Positions 10,377 to 19,816 of a stretch of DNA of 64,000 bases are shown in pieces. The notes below the pieces were generated by a model. The model searched no databases, was not told where the DNA came from, and saw only the letters and a program-made list of their open reading frames with translations. Each line of letters opens with the position of its first letter. The first letter of the stretch is position 1. Both the position numbers and the translations under genes were made by a program. The stretch is from Ascoidea asiatica JCM 7603 (taxonomy: Eukaryota > Fungi > Ascomycota): assembly GCA_001600695.1 (NCBI GenBank), contig BCKQ01000003.1, forward strand, positions 415,849 to 479,848, read 5' to 3'.

Positions 10377-11843
10377 ATGGCTTCAACTGCAATTGCCTCT
10401 TCAACTCCTATTATTACAAAAGATGATTCAGAAGATTCTTTAAATTCTTCATCATCTTTAGATTCTTTAGATTTCTCTTCAACAAATAATAACAATAATA
10501 ATGAATCATTTATTAACTCATGTATTGTAATTGATGCTGATTTTCAAGATTCTGTATTTGAATATGCTTCAATAATTGATCAAATTGAGAAAAAAAATGA
10601 ATTTTCAATAAAAATTAAAAATTTATTATTAAATAATAATTTAAATTTAAATAAAAATTTTTATAATATTTTAATTAATTCAACTAAAAATTTAAAATTT
10701 TTAAATCAAAGACAATTTGAACCAACTTTAAATTTATTTTTTTATATTTTAAGTAATTCATTAAATTCAAATATTCAAATTTTTAATTATTATTTTAAAA
10801 TTTTAATTAATAATTTAATTAATTTCACTCCAATTGAAATTTTATCTAATAATATTAATAATAATATTAATAATAATAATAATAATAATACAAATTCAAT
10901 TTCAATAACTTTTAATAATATCTTATCAACTTTAACTAATTTTTTTAATTATATTAATAATAATAATAATCAAATTAAATTATTCTTATTAAATTCAATT
11001 ATAAAAATTTTTAATAATTTAAATAATGATTCAAAATCTAAAAATATTCATTTAATTAATCCATTAATTAAAAATAATAATTATTTAACTTATTTAAAAG
11101 ATTTAAATTTATCAATTAATCAATCTTTAAAATTTTCTTATGATTTATCAAATTTATTATTATCTTCAAATTTTAAAAATTATAATTATTTAAATTCTTT
11201 TAAATCTTTATTATTAAATAAAAAAAATTTAACATTTTTAAATAATTCATCAAATTCAAATAATCCTGAATTTTCAAATTATATTAATTTCCTTTTAATT
11301 AATTCATTTTTAAATTTAAATGAAATTGATTTATTTTATTTTTTAAAATTTGATTATATTAAATTAAATTCAAATACTCCTTTAGTTAATTTATTAAATT
11401 CTTATCTTAATGATGATTTAAATAACTTCACTAATAATTTAAATAATTTAAAAAAAACATTACCAATTCAATTATCTTTAAATGAAGTTAATTCAAATAA
11501 AATTATTTATAAAAAAAAATTATTAATTTTAAATAATTTAATAATTAATTCAAATTCAAATTTAATTTATTTTAATGAAATTTCAAATAATTTAAATTTA
11601 AATAATGATTTAATTCAAATTCAATCAATTATTTTTGATTCAATTAAATTAAATTTATTTAATGGAAAAATTAACCTTTTTAATCAATCTTTAAAAGTTT
11701 TTAAAATTAATTCATTTCCAATTAAAAATTTAAATGAAAAAAATTGGGTTAAAATTAACTCAAATTTACAATCCTGGAAAAACTCAATTAATGAAATTAA
11801 TCAATTTTTAATTCAATCAAAATCAAAAAAACTTGCCAATTAG
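10377..11843 (+). CDS. PCI-domain protein, probable eIF3 subunit M
   Basis: N-terminal IDADFQDSVFEYASIID and C-terminal winged helix IQSIIFDSIKLNLFNGKIN...EKNWVKINSNLQSWKNSI resemble fungal eIF3m; sequence is extremely Asn/Leu/Ile-biased. Confidence 0.7.
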   Translation: MASTAIASSTPIITKDDSEDSLNSSSSLDSLDFSSTNNNNNNESFINSCIVIDADFQDSVFEYASIIDQIEKKNEFSIKIKNLLLNNNLNLNKNFYNILINSTKNLKFLNQRQFEPTLNLFFYILSNSLNSNIQIFNYYFKILINNLINFTPIEILSNNINNNINNNNNNNTNSISITFNNILSTLTNFFNYINNNNNQIKLFLLNSIIKIFNNLNNDSKSKNIHLINPLIKNNNYLTYLKDLNLSINQSLKFSYDLSNLLLSSNFKNYNYLNSFKSLLLNKKNLTFLNNSSNSNNPEFSNYINFLLINSFLNLNEIDLFYFLKFDYIKLNSNTPLVNLLNSYLNDDLNNFTNNLNNLKKTLPIQLSLNEVNSNKIIYKKKLLILNNLIINSNSNLIYFNEISNNLNLNNDLIQIQSIIFDSIKLNLFNGKINLFNQSLKVFKINSFPIKNLNEKNWVKINSNLQSWKNSINEINQFLIQSKSKKLAN

Positions 11844-11889
11844 AATTTTTATATTTTATATAAACAAGTATATAAATAGATAAATAAAT

Positions 11890-14800
11890 TCATCGTTTTG
11901 ATGCTTCTTCTAATTCTTTTAAAATTAAATTAAATTCTTGATTAATAATTTGAAATCTGTCAATATTATTTGTAAATTCTTCACTAAATATTAACTTTAT
12001 CATTGTTCTATTTTCTGATAAATTGAATATATTTTTATTCTCTTTAACTTCTTTTATTATATTTTTCTTACCCTTATTGAATAATTCATAATATAATATT
12101 GAATAATTAAATTCAACTTCATCTCTTTTTTTCATTACTGTTCTTAAAACTTGTTGAATTGTTAAAATATTCATTTGTAATTTTTTAATTCCATTTTTAT
12201 TTATAACTTTAATTAAGTTTCCACAAAGTATTAATAATCTATCAATGAATTCGGGTATACCTTCTAGAATACTTTCTTTATCTTTTACATTCATTACAAT
12301 TAATAATTTTGAATGATATGATAAAATAATTTCATTTAATAATTTTACATTATTTACAACTTCAACCATATCTGATTCTGGGGCCCATTCATTAATCTTT
12401 AAAGCTGAAGTAATTTGATATATTGATCTTAATCTTAAATCATATCTTAATGCTAATAATGTATCTGTTGATAATTGTTTAAAATCATTAATAATTTTAT
12501 CAAATAATGCTAATGAATCTCCTTCTTCTAATGTTAAATATATATGTTCAATATTATCTGTTAATTTTGTATCACTACCTTCTAACAATAACCAATTATT
12601 TCTTAATTCTGTTATATAATTATCTGAATCTTTTGAAATATTATTTTCTTCATTATTTGTTTGCTTTTCAATTTTATTAATTGGTTTTATTACTTTTCTC
12701 ATTTTTGGTAACCAACTTAAAATCCATGATATACTACCTAACATTTGAGATAATAAATTAAATGATCTTGTTGATAATAATTGAGAAGTTGACATTGAAG
12801 TAAATAATGAATTAAAATTATCTAATAATACATCAATTTCTGCAGTTATTATAGATTTATCAATATTTTTATTTTTTAAAATTTCAACAGAAATATGTGA
12901 TAATTCTGGAGATTTCATCCAATGTGTTAATTGATTAATTTTTTTATCACTTGTCATTTCTTCCATTGAAATTAATTCTTGATATAATCTTTGAAATTTA
13001 TTTAAAAATTTATTTAACATTAATAAAATTAATTGACCATATTCAGGTCTATAATCTAAATTTGTATTTAATATATGACAAATTCTCATAAATAAATTAA
13101 AAAATTCAATTGAACATTTAAAAATTTTAAAATTTTTATTACCATTTAATCTTGAATTTATATAAGATTCATTATTTTCAATTGAAATTTCTTTAATTTC
13201 AGAAGTTATTGAATAAAGATTATTATCAAATGGTGGTTGAATTAATAAATATGAATCTTTTTCAATAGTATTTTCATACATATAATCAAAAGTTTCATCT
13301 AATTGTGGTAAAAAAGTTTTTAACATGAAATCTTTGAAAAAATCAATTGGTTCATTTGATTTTTTTACTAATTTTTTTGGAAAAGTAATTTTTGCACCTT
13401 GAACAAAAACTAAAAAAGATTCTAAAATAACTCTCATATTGAAAACATTTGGTGGTACTAAATTTTCTTGTTGTTTATAACTTTCATCTTCAATATATGG
13501 ATTTAAAGAAGGTTGTTCATTAGCCATTACAAAACCTGGAAATAAATCTTGTAAAACAAATTTTAAATCATTTGATTCTTTAATAATTTGATTTTTTGAT
13601 AAAGTTGTATCATTTAAATGAAATATTGGAGAATTATTTGATTTTTTATCAAAAATTATATTCCAATTTTGATTTGAATGATTTTGATTTTTATTTTGAG
13701 AATGAGATTGATCTTGAGATTGAGAATCTAATTTTTTCATAGAATATTTATTATTTTTTTCAGAAAATACAACAGTATCATCAGTAATATATGAATAAAT
13801 TAAAGATCTTGCTTCATTTTCCATATTTTTCCAAATTTCGATATAATCATAAATATTTGAATTTAAATTTGAATTAATAAAAGATTTTGAAACTTCATAA
13901 ATAACTCTATGACCTTGTAAGACTAATAAAAATTTAGTAAAAACATTCCAAAAAAAATCTTGTAAAACAACAATATCTAAATCTCCAATACCTAAACCAA
14001 AATCAACGGCATTAAAATCTAATTTACCAAAATCATTATTATTAATTTTTAAATGTTTTGGATGTCTTAATCTTGTTTCTTGTGCAGAATGATTTACTAA
14101 TTTATGTAATTGAATTGGATGTTTATGAGTTAAAGTTTCTAAAGCAGTTGGTAATTTATCTAATTTTGATAAAGTTTCTAATAAAGTTTTAATATAATTA
14201 AATGGATCCATTTGTTGATCTTTTTTATTATTATAATAATAATAACCACCACTACTCCCATTATTATTATTGTTGTTGTTATTGTTGTTATTGCTTTTTT
14301 TGTTATTATTGTTATCATTATTTGTATTACTATTACTAGAATCTTTATTTGAATTTAATTTTAATTGTTTATCCCATTCATTTAAAAATTTTTCAAGATT
14401 TAAATGAATATTCAGAGATCTTTCAGAAATATCAATATTAATAATATTATGAATATATTGTTCTAAAGTTGAAAAACCAAAATTTTGTTCAAAAAAAGTA
14501 TTTACATTACTATCATCAGTATTACCATAAGATTTTAAATAAATTGTTGAATATAATTCATCCATAATTATTTCAAATAAATTAATTCTTTGAGTTTTTA
14601 AATAATTTTTAATACCATTTAAAGATTTTATTGACCATAAATTGAATTTATCAGAAATTCTATCAGATTCAGATAATAAAAATTCAACTTTTGAAAAATT
14701 TTTTTCTAATAAATGATTTTCAATTAATTCTGGTAAAGATTTTAAAAATTGAATTGAATTCAAAATTTCTATCATTTCAGAATATTTTTTTGAATTTTGA

Positions 14801-15240
14801 ATTAAATCATTTAATAAAATTGATTTATTATCATTAGTAATTTCAGGAATTGATTTTTTTAAATTTTCTTTAATTGATTTGATTGATTCATGAGATTGAT
14901 TAATATAATTCAATACAGAAGAATATGAACCAACACTATTATTGAAATCTTGAAAATGTTGATTTACAGCATTTTGAATACTTGATTCAATTTTTGAATA
15001 TAAATTTTTGAATTCAGGATATTTATAAGCCATTCCAACAGAAGTTGTATCTAATAAAGGCAAAGCTATTTCTAATGGATTAGGATCAGTATCCTTTGTA
15101 ACAAATTCCCATTCTTTTTCAACCTGATTATAAGAGTCTTGCAAATCATCTAAAGACTTTCTCATTTTATTTCTTTCCAAGTCACTGAATTGACTTACAG
15201 ACAACGTTCGTTGTTTTGAGGTTTTAGGAACAGAAAGCAT
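11890..15240 (-). CDS. SEC8: Exocyst subunit Sec8
   Basis: NPLEIALPLLDTTSVG, VNQHFQDFNNSVGSY, LVPPNVFNMRVIL, LLALRYDLRLR, MNILTIQQVLR. Confidence 0.93.
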   Translation of the reverse strand: MLSVPKTSKQRTLSVSQFSDLERNKMRKSLDDLQDSYNQVEKEWEFVTKDTDPNPLEIALPLLDTTSVGMAYKYPEFKNLYSKIESSIQNAVNQHFQDFNNSVGSYSSVLNYINQSHESIKSIKENLKKSIPEITNDNKSILLNDLIQNSKKYSEMIEILNSIQFLKSLPELIENHLLEKNFSKVEFLLSESDRISDKFNLWSIKSLNGIKNYLKTQRINLFEIIMDELYSTIYLKSYGNTDDSNVNTFFEQNFGFSTLEQYIHNIINIDISERSLNIHLNLEKFLNEWDKQLKLNSNKDSSNSNTNNDNNNNKKSNNNNNNNNNNNGSSGGYYYYNNKKDQQMDPFNYIKTLLETLSKLDKLPTALETLTHKHPIQLHKLVNHSAQETRLRHPKHLKINNNDFGKLDFNAVDFGLGIGDLDIVVLQDFFWNVFTKFLLVLQGHRVIYEVSKSFINSNLNSNIYDYIEIWKNMENEARSLIYSYITDDTVVFSEKNNKYSMKKLDSQSQDQSHSQNKNQNHSNQNWNIIFDKKSNNSPIFHLNDTTLSKNQIIKESNDLKFVLQDLFPGFVMANEQPSLNPYIEDESYKQQENLVPPNVFNMRVILESFLVFVQGAKITFPKKLVKKSNEPIDFFKDFMLKTFLPQLDETFDYMYENTIEKDSYLLIQPPFDNNLYSITSEIKEISIENNESYINSRLNGNKNFKIFKCSIEFFNLFMRICHILNTNLDYRPEYGQLILLMLNKFLNKFQRLYQELISMEEMTSDKKINQLTHWMKSPELSHISVEILKNKNIDKSIITAEIDVLLDNFNSLFTSMSTSQLLSTRSFNLLSQMLGSISWILSWLPKMRKVIKPINKIEKQTNNEENNISKDSDNYITELRNNWLLLEGSDTKLTDNIEHIYLTLEEGDSLALFDKIINDFKQLSTDTLLALRYDLRLRSIYQITSALKINEWAPESDMVEVVNNVKLLNEIILSYHSKLLIVMNVKDKESILEGIPEFIDRLLILCGNLIKVINKNGIKKLQMNILTIQQVLRTVMKKRDEVEFNYSILYYELFNKGKKNIIKEVKENKNIFNLSENRTMIKLIFSEEFTNNIDRFQIINQEFNLILKELEEASKR

Positions 15241-15435
15241 CTTTTAGATTGTATATTTATTCAGCAATAGTCACTCCCAAGATCCTTTTCCACTTTGATA
15301 TATACACAGTCAGTGATGTATCTCTTGATATATTTGAAGCAATTGCAGTTCTTCTCAGCTTCTTTTTATCTTTAATTTAATCTGATTTGATCTGTTTTCC
15401 TTTGTTGATTTCAGTGTTTTTGAATACGTTTTGCA

Positions 15436-15452
15436 TCGGCGCTTAGCACTTT
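15436..15452. promoter_or_regulatory. Putative cis-element TCGGCGCTTAGCACTTT in the SEC8/ECM30 promoter
   Basis: 16/17 identical to 8582-8598. Confidence 0.5.
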
Positions 15453-15929
15453 GGTAAAAAATACACCTTTAATCTATCTCTGCCTCCAGCTGTCAAGTCA
15501 CTGTTTATCTGCGTATCCACCACTTTTGGCCTGCGTGCGCAAAAATGAATTCTTTTTTCTCCTGTTTATTTTGAAGAGACTCCAATGAAGTGAATTAAAT
15601 CAGACTTAAAACAAATAATCTTCATCTCCAGATTTTTATATTATCTAGAACCATATAAACAAGTGGATATATTCATTTCAATTGATTAGATTTATTTCGG
15701 TCTTGTCTGGGGTTATTTATCAAGAGCTTTGCTCTCTTCTTTTATTTCTTGCTCATAATCTCGTCTCTCGCTTCAATTCATCTGTCTTTTCTTATCAATA
15801 AAAATAATTATAATCATTATTATAATTAGATCGATAACAATAATCATAACAGTAATCAAAGTTCTTTAATTTATTAGCATATATAACTTACCCAACCTAT
15901 TCACCTTATTCAAGTACTTTGTTTTTAAT

Positions 15930-18900
15930 ATGGGTGCAGCTGAATCAAAACTAAATTTCAAGACAAATGTATTTCGATTAGCAAAAGATGAAGAAATACA
16001 ATTTGATGATCAATATTGGAATATGTTTTGGGAAATGCCTGAATCAACCAATGATATATTTAATATTTTAACATCTGAAGATATAAAAATTCTAAGAGAT
16101 AAAAATTTCAAAAATTTCTTAAAATTATTAAAAATTATAATATTTAAATTAATTTCAATTTCAAATAATAAAAATTTTCCAAAAAATTTAAAAGATAAAA
16201 AAATTGTTTTGAATTGTTTAAGATTATTAACTAGATTATTACCTTTTTTATTTGAAAAAAATGATTTGAAAATTTTTGAAATTGATTTATTTTGGTCAAG
16301 AGGTTTAAAATTAAATAAAGATCCATTATCAAGTTCAAAATTTTCAACAAATGCAACTGTTGGTACTTTATCTTCAAATTCTTCAACTAAAACTTTTAAT
16401 AATTCTAATAATTTCAATAATAATCAATCATTTAATCAATTTAATCATATAAATAAAAATAATAAAATTTTAAATAGTAGTAATAATAATAATAATAACA
16501 ATAACATTAATAATGATCTAAATTCAAAAAATCCACCTTCAAATAATCATATTCTTTCAACTGAATCTGAGAATATAAACAATAGTAATATTAACAATGT
16601 CGAAAATAATAAACTGTCTTCCCCTTCTTCTTCTTCAACTTCACTGATCGTCAATATAGATAGTCCCACTTTTGAATTACCTTTAGGTGCTCAATTAGTT
16701 TTCACTTGTGTTAAATTATTATTTACAAATTCTTTCACAGTGAAATCAAATTCAAAATCAAATAATAATAATAATAATAAAGGTCTTGATTTTACAATTT
16801 GGGAACCTGGAATTGGTTCAACTTCAAAATTCACAAATCCATCAACTGATTTAGATTCAAATAGGACTGAAGTTTTAAGATTATTAGTAACTTTATGTTC
16901 TCAAAGTTTATATATAACTCCAAATAATTTAGTTTCAAAAGGTTCAAGATTTTTAACTGTTTTAGTAACTTCAACTCCAAAATTACAACTTTTATCTTTA
17001 TTATGTTCTTTAATAAATTTAATTTGTAGAAGTTGTAAAATAAATGATAATAATGGTTTAAATTTTTCAAATTCAAATTTAACTGAATTACGTCATTTAT
17101 TAGTAACTTATTCATTTGAATTATTCACTTTAATGTTAGTTTATCCAATTCCAAATGATATAAAATTTTTGAAAAATCTAGAAATTTATAATATAAATTA
17201 TAATCCAAAAAATCATAATATGGTTAGATATTATTTAGGTAAATTACATAAATCAAGTGAAATTATATTTATTATAAATCATTTAATAAATTTTTTAAAA
17301 GAACCAATAATTCATTCAAGAAATAATGAATTATCAACTTTTGCAATTATTAAAAAAAATACAAATTTTTCACAAACTGAACCTTCAATTTGGTCAACAG
17401 AAATTTTAATGATAATTTGGGAATTATTTCAATGTAATAAAAATTTTAGAGAAATTGTTAAAACAAATAATTATTCAAATGAATTAATTATAATTTTATT
17501 ATATTATATAATTAATTTTCAAAATATTGAAGCTCAAAAAAATATTGTTAGATTAACAAGTTATTTAGTACTTTATCTTTCCTCAAATAAAGATATTTGT
17601 TTAAATTTACTAAAACCAATAAAAATGAGTTTTTATAATCAATTACCAACATCTTTTAAACCTTCTCCAACTCCAATAACCTATAGAGATTTAGTTATAA
17701 TTAAAGTTTGTAAAATGTTAATCAATGAACAAGAAATCTCAAGAAACATTTTAATACCAACTTATATTGAATGGTTATATAATTTAATTCCAATTGCAGA
17801 ATCTTTAAAAAATATTGAAGATTTTAAAAAAAATAATAAAAATAATAAAAATTCAGAATATGAAGATTCTGTTGTAAGTTCTAATAATAAATCTTCTGTA
17901 AATTTAGGAGGTGGTTTATCATATAGTGCTTCAGCTTCAATAACTCAAGTTGTAATAAAATTATCTCAACCAAGATTTTTAATGGATTCTTCAATGAATC
18001 CAGATTTATTAGCATTAATAATTAGATCGATATGTAATTCAATTTGTCGATTTCCAAAACAATCAAAAACTTTAATATTTGTAATTGTTAAAAACTTTAG
18101 AATATATAATAATGTTTATTTACATATAAAAAATACAACTTTAAAGGTAGAGCAATCATCCAAAGATGCAAATTCAATAATAAATTCAGAAAATAATCAA
18201 GAGAATCAAAATCAAAATCAAAATCAAAATCAAAATCAAAATCAAAATTCAAATTGTAATGAGACTTGTAAAAATTGTGATAATGAAAATTATAAAGAAA
18301 ATGAAAATAGAAAACAGAATACTAATAAGAGTCTTAATATCAATAGTAACAACAATAATAATAATAATAATAACAAAAACAAAAACAAGAACAAAATTGA
18401 AAATGAAAGTGATAACGAAAGTGGATATGAAAATGAAAATGTCATGTCTAATACTAATGAAATTGAGAAAATTAAGAAGAATGAACTAGCGACCATAAAT
18501 GAAATAGGAAAAGATGATGATGATATTGATTTAGCTTTAAGGCCAACACCTCCAGTTGGAATGTCAGCAAAGGCTAAAGGAAAATTACCAGCAGATGCTC
18601 CTTTATATAGAACTTGGTCAGGTTTAGTAGCTTTAAAAATAATATTAAAATATATTGAATTGATTAAAAAAAATGTACCGAATTTTGATAATTATAATTC
18701 TATTGAAACTAAAGGTCTTTTAAAAGCAATTGAATCTATACCTGATATTGAAAATAAAATAAATAAAATAGCTACAGTAGAATATCTTCCTCAAACAGAT
18801 TTACCTCAATTAAAATTTCTTTGGTCAAATGTTTCTTTAGGTTGGTATGAAAGTATTCTTTGGGGGCAAATTTATAAAATTGATTTTAGTTTATCAAATA

Positions 18901-19442
18901 AATTGCATTCAAAAAACTTTTCTGATACTATAAGTAATACATTCTCAGGTTTTGGGTTATCTGCTTTCACAGGAAATAATAAGAATAAAGAGCCTGAAAC
19001 TAGCAAAAGTGATGAAATACCTAGAAATAAGCCTATTTCTAGAAGAGCTTCTAGTTGGTCATTTGCTGGTTGGAGTAATAATACTAATAATAATCCAGAT
19101 CAAGATAATATTGAAATTGCCAAGAAATGTTTAACAAATATCAATATTTATTACGGAACCAAAATTGTTTTATTCAAAACTAAAAAAAGAGCACCAGATG
19201 TACCTTCTCTACTTCAGCCTAGAGGTGCTGTTGATGCTGTTGCTGATACTTTTATCAAAAAATTAGGTGACCTTAGAATAACGAGAAACAATACTCTTCC
19301 AGCGCATAATCCTTCATTGAATGAACCTCCGACAGAACTTTCTCATAGAAATTCGCTTCCAAACATCAATGCAAGAAACTCTATTCAGTTAAATAGTCAA
19401 AGACACAGCTCATTGAATCTTTCTCTAGGTGCAATTCAATAA
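15930..19442 (+). CDS. ECM30: HID1/Ecm30 family protein
   Basis: Myristoylation-type start MGAAESKLNFK; LNCLRLLTRLLPFLFE, IWEPGIG, DSNRTEVLRLL, VGMSAKAKGK, SLGWYESILWGQIY. Confidence 0.9.
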   Translation: MGAAESKLNFKTNVFRLAKDEEIQFDDQYWNMFWEMPESTNDIFNILTSEDIKILRDKNFKNFLKLLKIIIFKLISISNNKNFPKNLKDKKIVLNCLRLLTRLLPFLFEKNDLKIFEIDLFWSRGLKLNKDPLSSSKFSTNATVGTLSSNSSTKTFNNSNNFNNNQSFNQFNHINKNNKILNSSNNNNNNNNINNDLNSKNPPSNNHILSTESENINNSNINNVENNKLSSPSSSSTSLIVNIDSPTFELPLGAQLVFTCVKLLFTNSFTVKSNSKSNNNNNNKGLDFTIWEPGIGSTSKFTNPSTDLDSNRTEVLRLLVTLCSQSLYITPNNLVSKGSRFLTVLVTSTPKLQLLSLLCSLINLICRSCKINDNNGLNFSNSNLTELRHLLVTYSFELFTLMLVYPIPNDIKFLKNLEIYNINYNPKNHNMVRYYLGKLHKSSEIIFIINHLINFLKEPIIHSRNNELSTFAIIKKNTNFSQTEPSIWSTEILMIIWELFQCNKNFREIVKTNNYSNELIIILLYYIINFQNIEAQKNIVRLTSYLVLYLSSNKDICLNLLKPIKMSFYNQLPTSFKPSPTPITYRDLVIIKVCKMLINEQEISRNILIPTYIEWLYNLIPIAESLKNIEDFKKNNKNNKNSEYEDSVVSSNNKSSVNLGGGLSYSASASITQVVIKLSQPRFLMDSSMNPDLLALIIRSICNSICRFPKQSKTLIFVIVKNFRIYNNVYLHIKNTTLKVEQSSKDANSIINSENNQENQNQNQNQNQNQNQNSNCNETCKNCDNENYKENENRKQNTNKSLNINSNNNNNNNNNKNKNKNKIENESDNESGYENENVMSNTNEIEKIKKNELATINEIGKDDDDIDLALRPTPPVGMSAKAKGKLPADAPLYRTWSGLVALKIILKYIELIKKNVPNFDNYNSIETKGLLKAIESIPDIENKINKIATVEYLPQTDLPQLKFLWSNVSLGWYESILWGQIYKIDFSLSNKLHSKNFSDTISNTFSGFGLSAFTGNNKNKEPETSKSDEIPRNKPISRRASSWSFAGWSNNTNNNPDQDNIEIAKKCLTNINIYYGTKIVLFKTKKRAPDVPSLLQPRGAVDAVADTFIKKLGDLRITRNNTLPAHNPSLNEPPTELSHRNSLPNINARNSIQLNSQRHSSLNLSLGAIQ

Positions 19443-19816
19443 ATATTATGTTTTAATCTTGACTTATTTTATTTCTTTTAGATGGTTTCAAAGCGAATGT
19501 AAAAAAAAAAAAAAAAAAAAAAACGTAAAATAATAACAATAAAACAATTAAACAATAAAACAATTAAACAATAAAACAATAAAACAATAATAACAATAAT
19601 AACAATACTGTAGTAGTTAGCGGTGGTACACCGTCTCTTTTTCTTAGCTTTTTACTCTCTTTTTTACCTAACCACATTATTTCTATTCCAAAACGACTAT
19701 AAAAATTAGTCTCGAATCTCACATTAGTTTCATCTTTTTAAATCAATTTTCGATAATAAAAGGAATATAAATATATAACCAATTTTATAATATAAAGGTG
19801 AAAGAAAAGATTTTAG

